Shown here one piece after another: positions 24,606 to 35,432 of a stretch of 64,000 nt of DNA (its first letter is position 1; every line of letters starts with the position of its first letter). Source of the stretch: Dendrobates tinctorius (lineage: Eukaryota); contig NW_027361832.1 in assembly GCF_039654945.1 (NCBI RefSeq), positions 1,488,001 to 1,552,000 of the forward strand, written 5' to 3'. The notes beneath the pieces were generated by a model. The model made no database searches. It was not told the DNA's origin and saw only the letters and a program-made list of their open reading frames with translations. The translations under genes were made by a program, and so were the position numbers.

Positions 24606-25483
24606 GTGAGTTGTCTGACTTCCTCTACTCTGCACCACGGACTATTCCTATCGCTAGCACACACTGAAGCTGACCACATGGTGCAATTATTCCGGGGCTT
24701 CAAGACCTATTAAAATTAGGAGGTTTCACACCATAAGGGTATGTGGACACAACGTCTTGATCAAGCAGCTTTGGAGTTGGTCCACTTTGTAACCCACCTG
24801 AAGTAGTGCTCAAAAGAAAGAACATACTAATTTATCAGTAAAATATATATATAATATATATAGCTGAATATAAACATGACTCGCTGTTCATATGTTCAGT
24901 TTTTTGAGACGCCAAGTGGTTAAAAGAAGTGACCGGTCCATTCTTCTGGTGTCTTCCTCTCTATACTTAAAGCGGTTGTCCACTATTCGGACAACCCCTT
25001 CTCAATCCCTATGTTTTCCCCTTGTAAAATAACACCAATATACACCTCCGGCGCCGTACAGCGGTGTCGGCACTGGCTTTCCCAGGGATCACGTGATCCC
25101 CGCAACCATTCACTTTCCCCTGCTACGGACATAATTGACATCCACAGGAAGTGAGAGAACGGCCGCAGCTGTCATTTCCTCCGGATGTATGTGATTTGTC
25201 CAGAGGCGAGGAGAGTGACGCCAGGGCTGATTTGCCACCAGGATCACATAGCAATGTCACACGATCCCCGGTAGAGGTCTGGGTGTTTTCATGAGTGTTT
25301 TGTCAGTCTTTTTGCTTGAAAAACCACTGGATGCTTCTTTTTTGTTCAAAGACCAGTTCAAAGGACGCCACAAAAATGCTAGAAAACGGCTAAAAGAAAA
25401 TCTGCCAGCGGTGAAAAACATTGAAACAGCACCTATTATGTCACATTAAATACCTGAGGAATGCAGGAATATATCACATAGAC

Positions 25484-25671
25484 CAGGGTTCCCCAATTCC
25501 AGTCCTCAAGAGTCACCAACAGGTCATGTTTTTCCGGATTTCCTTAGTATTGCACAAGTGCTGGAATTATTGCCTGTCTAGATGATGCAATAATCACCTG
25601 GGCAATAGTAAGGAAACCCTGAAAACATGATCTGTTGGTGGCTCTTGAGGACCGGAGCAGGGGGGACACTG
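25484..25671. mobile_element. Small palindromic hAT-like MITE
   Basis: CAGGGTTCCCC...GGGGACACTG ends and internal inverted arms; same family as 34243-34367. Confidence 0.75.
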
Positions 25672-26401
25672 ACCTACACAATGAGAAAATACATGAAGAG
25701 TCCAAGGAGTATCATCAGCCGCACTCCCAATGTCTTATTCCTTGGGGGGGACATATTTGTTACAAATAGTTGAATTTTTTTCACAGTCTTCATTATTTTT
25801 TTTTTTTTTTTAAAAGGCAACCTGCGCTCAGTATGGCATTGATTTGTCTCAATATTTTTGTGTTTATCTCTCTTTTTATGTAATTTCTCTGTTCCTGCCA
25901 TTTTAGTATCCGCATTTGGAGCATAGTGCCATACAATGGATCATAAGTTCAAGTTTCCTTAGGGGGCTAAAAAAATAAGAATTACAAAATATCTAAAAAT
26001 TTGAATTCCCCCCCCTTACTCAATATAAATAAAGAAATGGTATGGGGAGTGGGAGGGAAAGGGGGGAGGGGTGAAGGGATAGGGTTGTTAAGTAAGTTTG
26101 GATTTAAGACATAAGAAACTGTTGAGGGATGGGAGGAGGAAAACAGGAAGGAAGAATATATAAGGAGGAGGAGGTGAAAGAGGCAAATTGGAAGGATTAT
26201 GTGAATTTATTGAGATTCCTTGATAACTATTACGACGTATGATATATTTTTGTATGCTAATACTTATCCTTTCTATTCTAGAATTTGTATATTTTATGTA
26301 AGAAAATCAATAAACGGTTTAAAAAAAATAAATAAATAAAGAAATGGAAAAATACAAGAATAAACCTAAAAGTCCAATCTATCATAATCTAACATTAATT
26401 A

Positions 26402-28052
26402 CCATATTTTTCGGACTATAAGACGTACCTGGGTTTTAGAGGAGGAAATTAGGAAAAAAATAAACTGAAAGCAAAAATATGATCAATTCTGTACTTAATA
26501 TCCCCTATCCTGGTATATATAGTTCCCTCATCCTCATCCTGATACACATGGCCCCCTCATCCTTATCCTGGTATGCATGGCTCCTCATCTCTAGCCTAGT
26601 ATTCATGACCCCCTCATCCCTATCCTAGTAAGAATGGTCCCCCTTATCCTTATCCTGGCAGGAATGATTGGCCTCATCGCTATACTGATATGCAGGGTCC
26701 CCATCTTGTCCAAGTATGCATGGCCCCCATCCCAGTCCTGGTATGCATGGTCCCTTCCTTATACTGGTATGATTGGCCCCATCCTTATTCTGGTATGCAT
26801 GGCCCCATCTTTATCCTGGTATGATTTACCCCATCCTTATTCTGGTATGCATGGCCCCATCTTTATCCTGGTATGATTGGCCCCATCCCAGTTCTGGTAT
26901 GCATGGCCCCATCCCAGTTCTGGTATGCATGGCCCCATCCTTATCCTGGTATGCATGGCCCCATCCTTATCCTGGTATGCATGGCCCCATCCCTATCCTG
27001 GTATGCATGGCCCCATCCCAGTTCTGGTATGCATGGCCCCATCCCAGTTCTGGTATGCATGGCCCCATCCCAGTTCTGGTATGCATGGCCCCATCCCAGT
27101 TCTGGTATGCATGGCCCCATCCTTATCCTGGTATGATTGGTCCCATCCTTATCCTGGTATGATTGGTCCCATCCCAGTCCTGGTATGCATGGTCCCATCA
27201 GAAAAGATTATAAAAAAACGAAACCATTACACTTACCTTCCTCTGCTTCCTCGCAGCGTCCTGCTCCGTTGCCAGCAGCTGCTTAATGCTTGTAAGCAGC
27301 GCATGGCAGGGACATCATGCACTACTCACAAGCAGAGCACAGCTGCCAGAATACTCACCGGGACTGTCCATCGCAGAGAGCAGTGAGTATTCATTGATCT
27401 TAAGTAGCGCGCAGTGTCAGCCACCGGCTTCCTGCAACTGCTGGCGGTCACGCTTGCGGATACTTAAGAGAAATGAATATTCTGAATATTCATTTCTCTT
27501 AAGTATCGGCACACGTGACCGCCGGCAGCAGCAGGAAGGCTCCGGCTGACACTGCGCGCTACTGAAGATTCACTGCTCTCTGCGATGAACAGTCCCGGCG
27601 AGTATTCCGGCAACTGTGCTCCGCTTGTGAGCAGCGCATGACGTCCCTGCCATGCGCTGCTTTCAAGCATTAAGCAGCTGCTGGCAACGGAGCAGAACAC
27701 TGCGAGGAAGGGGAGGAAGGTAAGTGTAATGGTTTTTTTTTTTATTCTTTTGTTTTTTTCTGATGGGGCTGTGCATACCAGGATAAGGATGGGACCAATC
27801 ATACCAGGATGCCAGAAAGAAATGAATATTCATTGCCCTCCATGCCCATGGGCGTGGTATGCAGTGAATACACATTTCTCTTTAGCAGCGGGCTGCCAGA
27901 TCCTGCCTCTGTGACCCGCTGCTCCGCTGAAACTGCTCCCCCCACCTCCTCACCACAGCCAGAGCCGGTACATCCAGACTATAAGACCCACCCCCCATTT
28001 TCCTCCACATTTTGGGAGGAAAACAGTGCGTCTTATAGTCTGAAAAATATGA
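26402..28052. mobile_element. pogo/Tigger-like non-autonomous element carrying a 26-bp minisatellite and a ~660-bp palindrome
   Basis: TA-flanked TIR CCATATTTTTCGGACTATAAGACG / CGTCTTATAGTCTGAAAAATATGA. Confidence 0.85.
26505..27198. repeat. 26-bp minisatellite (GGTATGCATGGCCCCATCCCAGTTCT), ~26 copies
   Basis: Direct tandem periodicity. Confidence 0.95.
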
Positions 28053-28584
28053 TAACCTGTCCAGTAAACACCTTAAAAAGAAAAAAAAATGAAATGTCAG
28101 AATTGAGGGTTTTTGGGGGGCCACGGTTCCCTAAAGTAATACAATAGGAAGACATCAAAAAGTCATATCTACACCAAAATGGTATCAATAAAACTGTCTG
28201 CTTGCCACGCAGAAAACAAAAAACAGAAAAAAACACAGGACCTCACACAGCTCCATCCATGGAAAAATCACAACGGATTTCAGAAAATGACCATAGAAGC
28301 CATTTTTTATAGACTTTTATCTTATTTGCACAGCAGTTAGGCATGTAAGCGGTTTTTTTTTCGCGTTTTTTAAGCGTTTTTACCGGCAAAAACGTTTACA
28401 AGAAGCATCTCATTTATTTTAATGAATTCCGCACTTTTTGTGCATATTGATGCGTTTTTTACTGCGAGAAAACCACATCGCGGTCAAAAGCGCAGCATGC
28501 TCATTAATTTCGCGGAAAAATCCACATTTCTAACTATATTAGAAAAAAAAACACGCAAAATTTGCGCAAAAAAAAGCCTTGTAT

Positions 28585-29178
28585 GGCTCTGTCGGCAGAC
28601 GTGTAGAAACAGCACGGCTCTGTCGACGGACGAGTAGAAACAGCACGGCTCTGTCGACGGACGAGTAGAAACAGCACGGCTCTGTCGACGGACGAGGAGA
28701 AACAGCAGGGCTCTGTCGACGGACGAGCAGAAACAGCAGGGCTCTGTCGACGAACGAGGAGAAACAGCAGGGCTCTGTCGGCGGACGAGCAGAAACAGCA
28801 GGGCTCTGTCGGCGGACGAGCAGAAACAGCAGGGCTCTGTCGGCGGACGAGCAGAAACAGCAGGGCTCTGTCGGCGGACGAGCAGAAACAGCAGGGCTCT
28901 GTCGGCGGACGAGCAGAAACAGCAGGGCTCTGTCGGCGGACGAGCAGAAACAGCAGGGCTCTGTCGGCGGACGAGCAGAAACAGCAGGGCTCTGTCGGCG
29001 GACGAGCAGAAACAGCAGGGCTCTGTCGGCGGACGAGCAGAAACAGCAGGGCTCTGTCGGCGGACGAGCAGAAACAGCAGGGCTCTGTCGACGGACGAGC
29101 AGAAACAGCAGGGCTCTGTCGACGGACGAGCAGAAACAGCAGGGCTCTGTCGACGGACGAGCAGAAACAGCAGGGCTC
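28585..29178. repeat. 31-bp minisatellite (GCTCTGTCGGCGGACGAGCAGAAACAGCAGG), ~19 copies
   Basis: Direct tandem periodicity with a homogeneous core. Confidence 0.96.
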
Positions 29179-30234
29179 TCGGTAGAAGGTGCAAAAAGAA
29201 TAAAAAAATGTTAAGGTGAATCAAAGCTGCTATCTGAAGATTGGGACTCCACAATCTACATTCCCTATGTGGACAGTGCTGATAATGTCTGTAATGGGCT
29301 GAGGAATTAATGGCGTTATATAAGGGAGTAAAATAAAAGAAAGCCCACGACCGATGCACAGTACATGCTCTACATTTAACTGTTCGGTCTTGATATCTGC
29401 TGTCTTGTACAGTGATGCAGGTATGATTTGCAGACATAAAGAACCAGAAAACAAAATAATCCCTAAAAGATAACTTTTAATACAATCACTAAAAACATAT
29501 AATGGTTAAATTAACCAAATACACAGGGGATCAGGGATCAGAGTCAAATCAAAGCAATCGAAAAAATAAGCAAAATGGAGGGCAAAAAGCTACTTTGCCC
29601 TAGAAAGCCCTAATGAGGCCCTTCCTGACCGCGGAGGTCGGCACCCTAGTTGTTGACGATGTGGCGCCCCCGCTCAACGTTGGCGTCCCTAGTAACGCTC
29701 TAGACCCCCCCCTTACGTATACAAAACTAGGGGACACAAAAAATAACCACACTCACACCCACAATACCGAAAATACAAAAGGTGAGGAGACAATTATTGT
29801 CTCGTGGAAAAAAAGTGCTAAGTGCCGTAAACTTATCTCATAGTCTAAAAAGTCTCTTTCTTATTTCAAAAAATGGGTTTCAGCAGGTCAAATAAGACTT
29901 CTCATAGTCAAGAATGCTAGCCTGCTGCAATAAGCCAGACCCATAAAGAAAAATATTGAGAAAAACGCGTCTACAGAGAGATCAATATCTATAGTCGACA
30001 GTATACACAAAAAAAATAATGAAAAAAATACCTTTGTCCAAAATTGAAGACCAGCACAAAAAGATGAACACTGCACATGTAGATGACAGCAAAATACAAA
30101 AAACTGTCTATCAGACAACTGTTGCACATGCACAAAGATTTATTCAACCTAATATATCCTGAGGCTTAATCCACCTCATCAATCGTGCATATGGTAGGCA
30201 TATAAACAATATTCTAGCCACAGCGTGCATATAA

Positions 30235-30694
30235 GGCCTCTTTCACACATCAGTTTTTCGCCGTCAGGCGCGATCCGGCTTTTTTTTGTAAAACCGGATC
30301 CAGCTAAATGCAATGCCGGATCCAGTTTTTCCCCATTGACTTGCATTAGCGCCGCATCGCGCCGGATGGCATTGCGTTTCATCCGTTTTTTTGCCGGATC
30401 CGGCTACTGGTCTCATTCCGGCGCTTCCGGCTTTTTGCCACAATGAAAGTCTATGGGCGCCGGAATGCGCCGGATCCAGAAAAAGACGGATCCAGCCACC
30501 GGATCCGTTTTTTAAAGTCTGCGCATGCTCAGATCCAATTGGCCAGCCCCCAGGAAACAGATATAACCTGCTAGACGGATCCGGCAGAAAAACTGATCTG
30601 TTTCTTCAGTTCTCCAAAATTTATACCGGATCCGTTTTTTCTAAAAATAGCCGGATCCTGCCTGACGGCAAAAAACTGATGTGTGAAAGTAGCC
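30235..30694 (-). mobile_element. Harbinger MITE of the same family as the adjacent autonomous element, in inverted orientation
   Basis: TAA TSD on both sides; ends GGCCTCTTTCACAC / GTGTGAAAGTAGCC; CCGGATCC subterminal repeats. Confidence 0.93.
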
Positions 30695-31037
30695 TAAGAC
30701 AGTACTTTGGCTACTTTCACACATCAAGTTTTCGGCGTCAGGCGCGATCCGGCGTCGTGCCGGAGCGCCGGATCCGGCAAATATTTCGTAAAACCGGATG
30801 TGACGGATCCGTCTTGTTCTTCACAGACAAAACCGGATCCGTCTCATCCGGTTGATCCGGTTTTTGTTCCGTTTTTCAACGGATTACGCCGGATCCGGTT
30901 TTTAAAATTGACCCTTGTGGCCTTCTGAACGGGATTGGCTACTGAAAAACTATATATAGCGTGTTCCTACAGCCCTTGTTTGACAGGTTGGAGAGGAGAA
31001 AGTGCAGGTTGGAGAGAAGAGCAAGTTACTGGCGAAG

Positions 31038-32420
31038 ATGGATGTTGTGATTGGAAATATTTTGAAGAATTTGGCGGATTTTACAGCGGAGGCGAATCGT
31101 TTGAGGGTGATTGTTCTGGAGAAGGAGAGAGCGAGACAGCAGCGCATCAGGCATCGTAGACGACGTTTGTGGATCCACCCCATCCCAGCCAAGAGAATGA
31201 CGCGTGGGATCTATTCTACACTCTGCATGGACCTTAGACGAAACCCGGAGAAATTTTTTGGATATGTTAGGATGAAAATGGAGAATTTTGATTACTTGGT
31301 GGAGCGCATTGCACACCTCATAAGAAAAGCGGACACCTATTGCCGCTTCTCCGTTTCACCCGCAGAGCGTCTGATGGTGACTTTAAGGTAAGCCACATTT
31401 ATTGGATATGCTCGCATCAGAGCACACTTTCACTGCAATCTTGTTGGTGGTAGTTTGTATCTCCAAGTGTTATAGCTGAGTTTTGGTATGTAATGCTGTG
31501 ATTTTAAACTAATTGATTGTTTTTTAATTCCCCACAGATTTCTTGCAACTGGAGAATCCCTTTCGTCACTGCATTTCCAGTACAGACTCGGGATTTCCAC
31601 CATATCTGGAATAGTGAAGTACACATGCCGTGCACTGTGGGACTCCTTAGCTGAAGAGTTTTTACCAGAGCCCACAACAGAGAGGTGGATTGAAATTTCA
31701 GAAAAGTTTCAACAGATATGTCAGTTTCCCAACTGCTTGGGCGCTGTGGACGGGAAACATATCCGCATTGTAAAGCCAGCCGGATCGGGATCGGAATATT
31801 TCAATTACAAGAAATATTTTTCCATTGTCCTCATGGCCATCGCTGACGCGGAATACAAATTTATTGCTGTTGATATTGGGGCCTATGGCCGCTCCAATGA
31901 CTCTCAAGTTTTCAAACTGTCTGCCATGGGGCGTAAACTGTATGGAAACACCTTCCAGTTCCCACCCCCTAGACCGCTGCCGCAAACATCTGGTCCACCT
32001 ATGCCATTTGTCTGTGTAGGGGATGAAGCCTTCCAGCTGTCAGAACACCTTTTGAAACCGTACTCTAGCAGAGGATTGACAAGAACAAAATGCATTTTTA
32101 ATTACCGCCTCACAAGAGCAAGAAGAATGGTTGAATGTACCTTTGGTATTCTGACAGCCAAATGGCGGGTCCTATTGACTGCGATCAACCTCAAGACAGA
32201 AACTGTGGACGAGGTGATCAAAGCTTGCGTGGTACGCCACAATTTTGTTATCTGCAAGGAACCCATTTCCATTGAGGACACCTCTGAAGAAACCACCTTG
32301 CAAGATTACCATGACATTACCACTAGAAGTTCTGTGACGGTTTCAGTAATGAGGGACAATTTTGCACTATACTTTATGTCACCTCAAGGCAGAGTACACT
32401 GGCAGGATGACAGAGTGTGA
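31038..32420 (+). CDS. Harbinger (HARBI1-like) DDE transposase, 410 aa; exons 31038-31387 and 31538-32420
   Basis: ERLMVTLR|FLATG, GAVDGKH, YFNYKKYFS, GDEAF, ARRMVECTFGIL; GT-AG intron restores an uninterrupted frame; TATA-like element at ~30951. Confidence 0.94.
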
Positions 32421-32920
32421 AAGATTTGTGCCCTAACCAAACTTGTGTACCTTCTGGACCAACAGTATATACCTTTGCCAACCAAAGTTGGCTATCTTGT
32501 CATGGTCTCTATTTTTAGCTTTAGGCCACAGGTGTGTACCTGGTTGTGTTTTATGCAAAGTATTTCACCTTTTAACAAAAGTTGTGTACATTGTTAGGAA
32601 ATCACCAACAATAAACACAACTTTTTAGGTGAAATACTTTGCTTCCAACACAACTAGGAACACAACTGTGGCAAAAAGGTAAAATTTACCCAGTTATATA
32701 CCAGGTTTTGAATACCTTTTGACCTTTGAAATTATTTAACCTTTTTTTCTAAACATATTTCGCCGCAGAAAGAAATGAGAGACAACCATTGTAAAAGTAA
32801 TTTAACTTTTATTTGAAATTTTTCTTTTTTTTGTAAAATGTTTTTAAAGTTAGTTAAAAAAACTTTTTGAATAAATGTTTGAAAACAAACAAATGGGCAT
32901 TTTTATTAAAAAAAAAAACA

Positions 32921-35432
32921 TTACAACTCGGTGTAGTGTGGGGTGGAAATACTGCTGGAGGGGCTGCGGGACACTTCGACACTGGGAGTGTGGAGAGAGG
33001 ACTGGGATCGTGGTGGGGAAGGAACAGTTAGAGGTGAAGGTGTGGAAAAAGCTACAGAATGGGTGGACATGTGGGAGGCAGAAGAGGTGGTGGGCGGTGG
33101 AGTGGAGGGTTGGGCAGGGACTGTAGGAGCAGATGATGTTGATGGCAAGTTGTATGGGGAAGGAGTTTGGTACGGGGAAAGAGTTTGGTACGGGGCAGGT
33201 TGCTGGAAGTGGGGAGATGACTGGTACTGGGGATGTTGCTGGTACTGGGGAGGTTGCTGGTACTGGGGAGGTTGCTGGTACTGGGGAGGTGGCTGGTATG
33301 TAATAGGAGGGGGAGGATGGAAAGTGGCTGGAGGGGGTGCAGGTGGAGGAACTACTGTGGTGGGAGGAGGAGGTTGGGAGGTAACTTGCTGGAGAGCACC
33401 GTGGCATGAATGCATTACATGCATCTGCTGGGTAGGAGAGAGCGTTTCCATGCGCTCCACAACAGACCTGAAAAAGGTGTGGTTTGGCGAAGATCTTGCT
33501 TCTGAATGCATGGTTTGCAGAAGTGTCTTCACCTCCAGAATGCTGGAGTTGATCTGCTGATAGCCTGCGGAGATTTGCTCTGACAAGACTTTTAGACAGT
33601 TCTGGAAAGATGCATTCAGATGCAAGAACTCTGGCGCATAAGTCTTTTCCTGACCCCTCTGCCGCTGCCGCCCAGTACCCGCAGGTGTACTAGAGGTGGC
33701 AGGGGCAGAAGGGTGGGGTAAAGGGAAAGCGATCTCCTCACCAGCAGCTTCATGTAATGTAGGTGGCCACGATGCTCCTGTGCTGGTGGATGGGACAGAT
33801 GGGTCGAATGTGTGGGAAGGCTGGGAAGGTGCAGATGTACCGGGGCGGTCGAAGTGTCCCTCGGTGCCGGTCTCCTCAGGGATCGCCTCAGAAGGGTCCA
33901 ACCGTGCAGGCTCCCGAGTGCTGCTCACCGTGCTGTGGAATAAAGAGAAAAAAAAACAATTAAAATAGTGCCATGGTATGGCCCTGGCTGAAAAAAAAAA
34001 AGTTACATCTAAACATTTTTTTGTCTCATGTGGTGTGTAATATTTACCTTCTGGTGAGCATTGTCTCCCGGAGGAACGACAGGGCTCGTGCGTACTTGTA
34101 CTTGCTCCTGCGTCCTCCAGATCCACTCGGGGCCCGCATCTCTTTATTGAACTCCTTCTTGAAACGATCCCTCACAGACCGCCACCGCTTCACAATTCTC
34201 TCCCCTGAAACGAGAAAGGACAAAGTGGTTAGTATACAACATCAGTGTTTCCCAAACTCCAGTCCTCATGGTCCACAGGGGTCATGTTTTCAGGATTTCC
34301 AAAGTAAATAGAAATCCTGAACACATGATCCGTGGGGACCACGAGGACTGGAGTTCGGGAAACACTGGTTTACATCAAGCAACCGGTACTGTATATACTT
34401 ACGCTCTTTAATCTGGGCCCGAGCTTCGAGGTCCTCCCAGCGGCCCACAAGGAGCGAACAGATTTCCTCCCAGAGTCGTCGGGTAACGATAAGGTCAGCG
34501 TGGCGGCGGTCAGCCATATTCCAGAGCGGCTCCCTTTCTCTGACGAGATCGATGAGGTGGTCCACATCGAGTCCTCCATCCTCACCGTCAGAGTCGGGAG
34601 CACGCTGTGAAGGCTGTTAAAGAAAAAGACAAAAATAACATAATTAGCCTCCACAAAAGAAATGAAATAAAAAGTGCAAAAAAACAAAGCAAAAATATTT
34701 ATACTTACACGCTGGTGACCGCCGCGTTGCTGTCGCCGACGACCCTGGGAGGCACTGCGAGGACCTCTTGGCCGAGCACCAGATTGGGAAGACTAGAGAA
34801 GAAAACAAAAAATGTTATGAGTTTGGATGTAGGCATTTGTTTGCTGTGTGTGGTCTGCAGAACATTGTTTTCTATGTGTTGTGTGTAGTGTGATGTTGTG
34901 TTTCTGCGTTTGATGCAAAAAACTTACCAATTGTGAGCCCACTCCAGGTGTCTGTCCACCCCTTCCTTCTTCTTCTGGGAGCTCCTCTTCATCTTGTGAT
35001 TCCTGTTTTGAAAGAAAAGGCCATGAATAGACATATATTACAGAGATGATGGATTTTGGAAATAAAAACTTACCGTCAAACGCTGACGATGCGAGGGAGG
35101 GCTCCCAGAAGAAGATGTGCTGTCTTCCTGATGGCCAGACTCCATGGCTGTGGGTGGTGTTGCTGCTGCCATTGCTGCTGCTGCTGCTGCTGCTGCATCT
35201 CTTGGGCGGCTGTTGAATAAAGAGAAGCAAAGGGGCAATGAATATCTTGATATTCCATGGCCCTAGTTTGGAGGAATGGGGGATTTGATAATTACCGTCT
35301 CTCATCTGCTGCTGGACTCCCCTCCCGTTGTTCAGCATGCTGCACCTTTTGGGGTGGTGGTGGTGGTGCTGATGGTGCTGCTGCAGATGTCGCCTGCCTT
35401 CTCCTGCACCTGGTTCTTGTCTTGGGTGGCAT
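32921..35432 (-). CDS. Harbinger Myb/SANT-like (MADF) DNA-binding protein, predicted 603 aa; exons 35432-35296, 35209-35074, 35002-34928, 34792-34709, 34613-34403, 34204-34048, 33932-32921
   Basis: MADF motif LIDLVREREPLWN...LWEEI...KRWRSVRDRFKKE...YKYARALSFL; BESS-like NHTFFRSVVERMETLSPTQQMHV; all six introns GT-AG with matching phases (1812 nt total); TATA at ~35470. Confidence 0.85.
34243..34367. mobile_element. hAT-like palindromic MITE inside intron 5 of the Harbinger MADF gene
   Basis: CAGTGTTTCCC / GGGAAACACTG TIR; related to 25484-25671. Confidence 0.8.

Noticed and set aside
28484-29437. 317-aa ORF
   Set aside because: Translation of the 31-bp tandem repeat
29660-29712. Possible hammerhead on the minus strand (GCGT/ACGC stem)
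   Set aside because: Core CUGANGA and GAAA nucleotides are missing
31038-32420. Host HARBI1 (domesticated transposase) gene
   Set aside because: Enclosed by TIRs and subterminal repeats with a partner MADF gene inside an intron; it is a transposon
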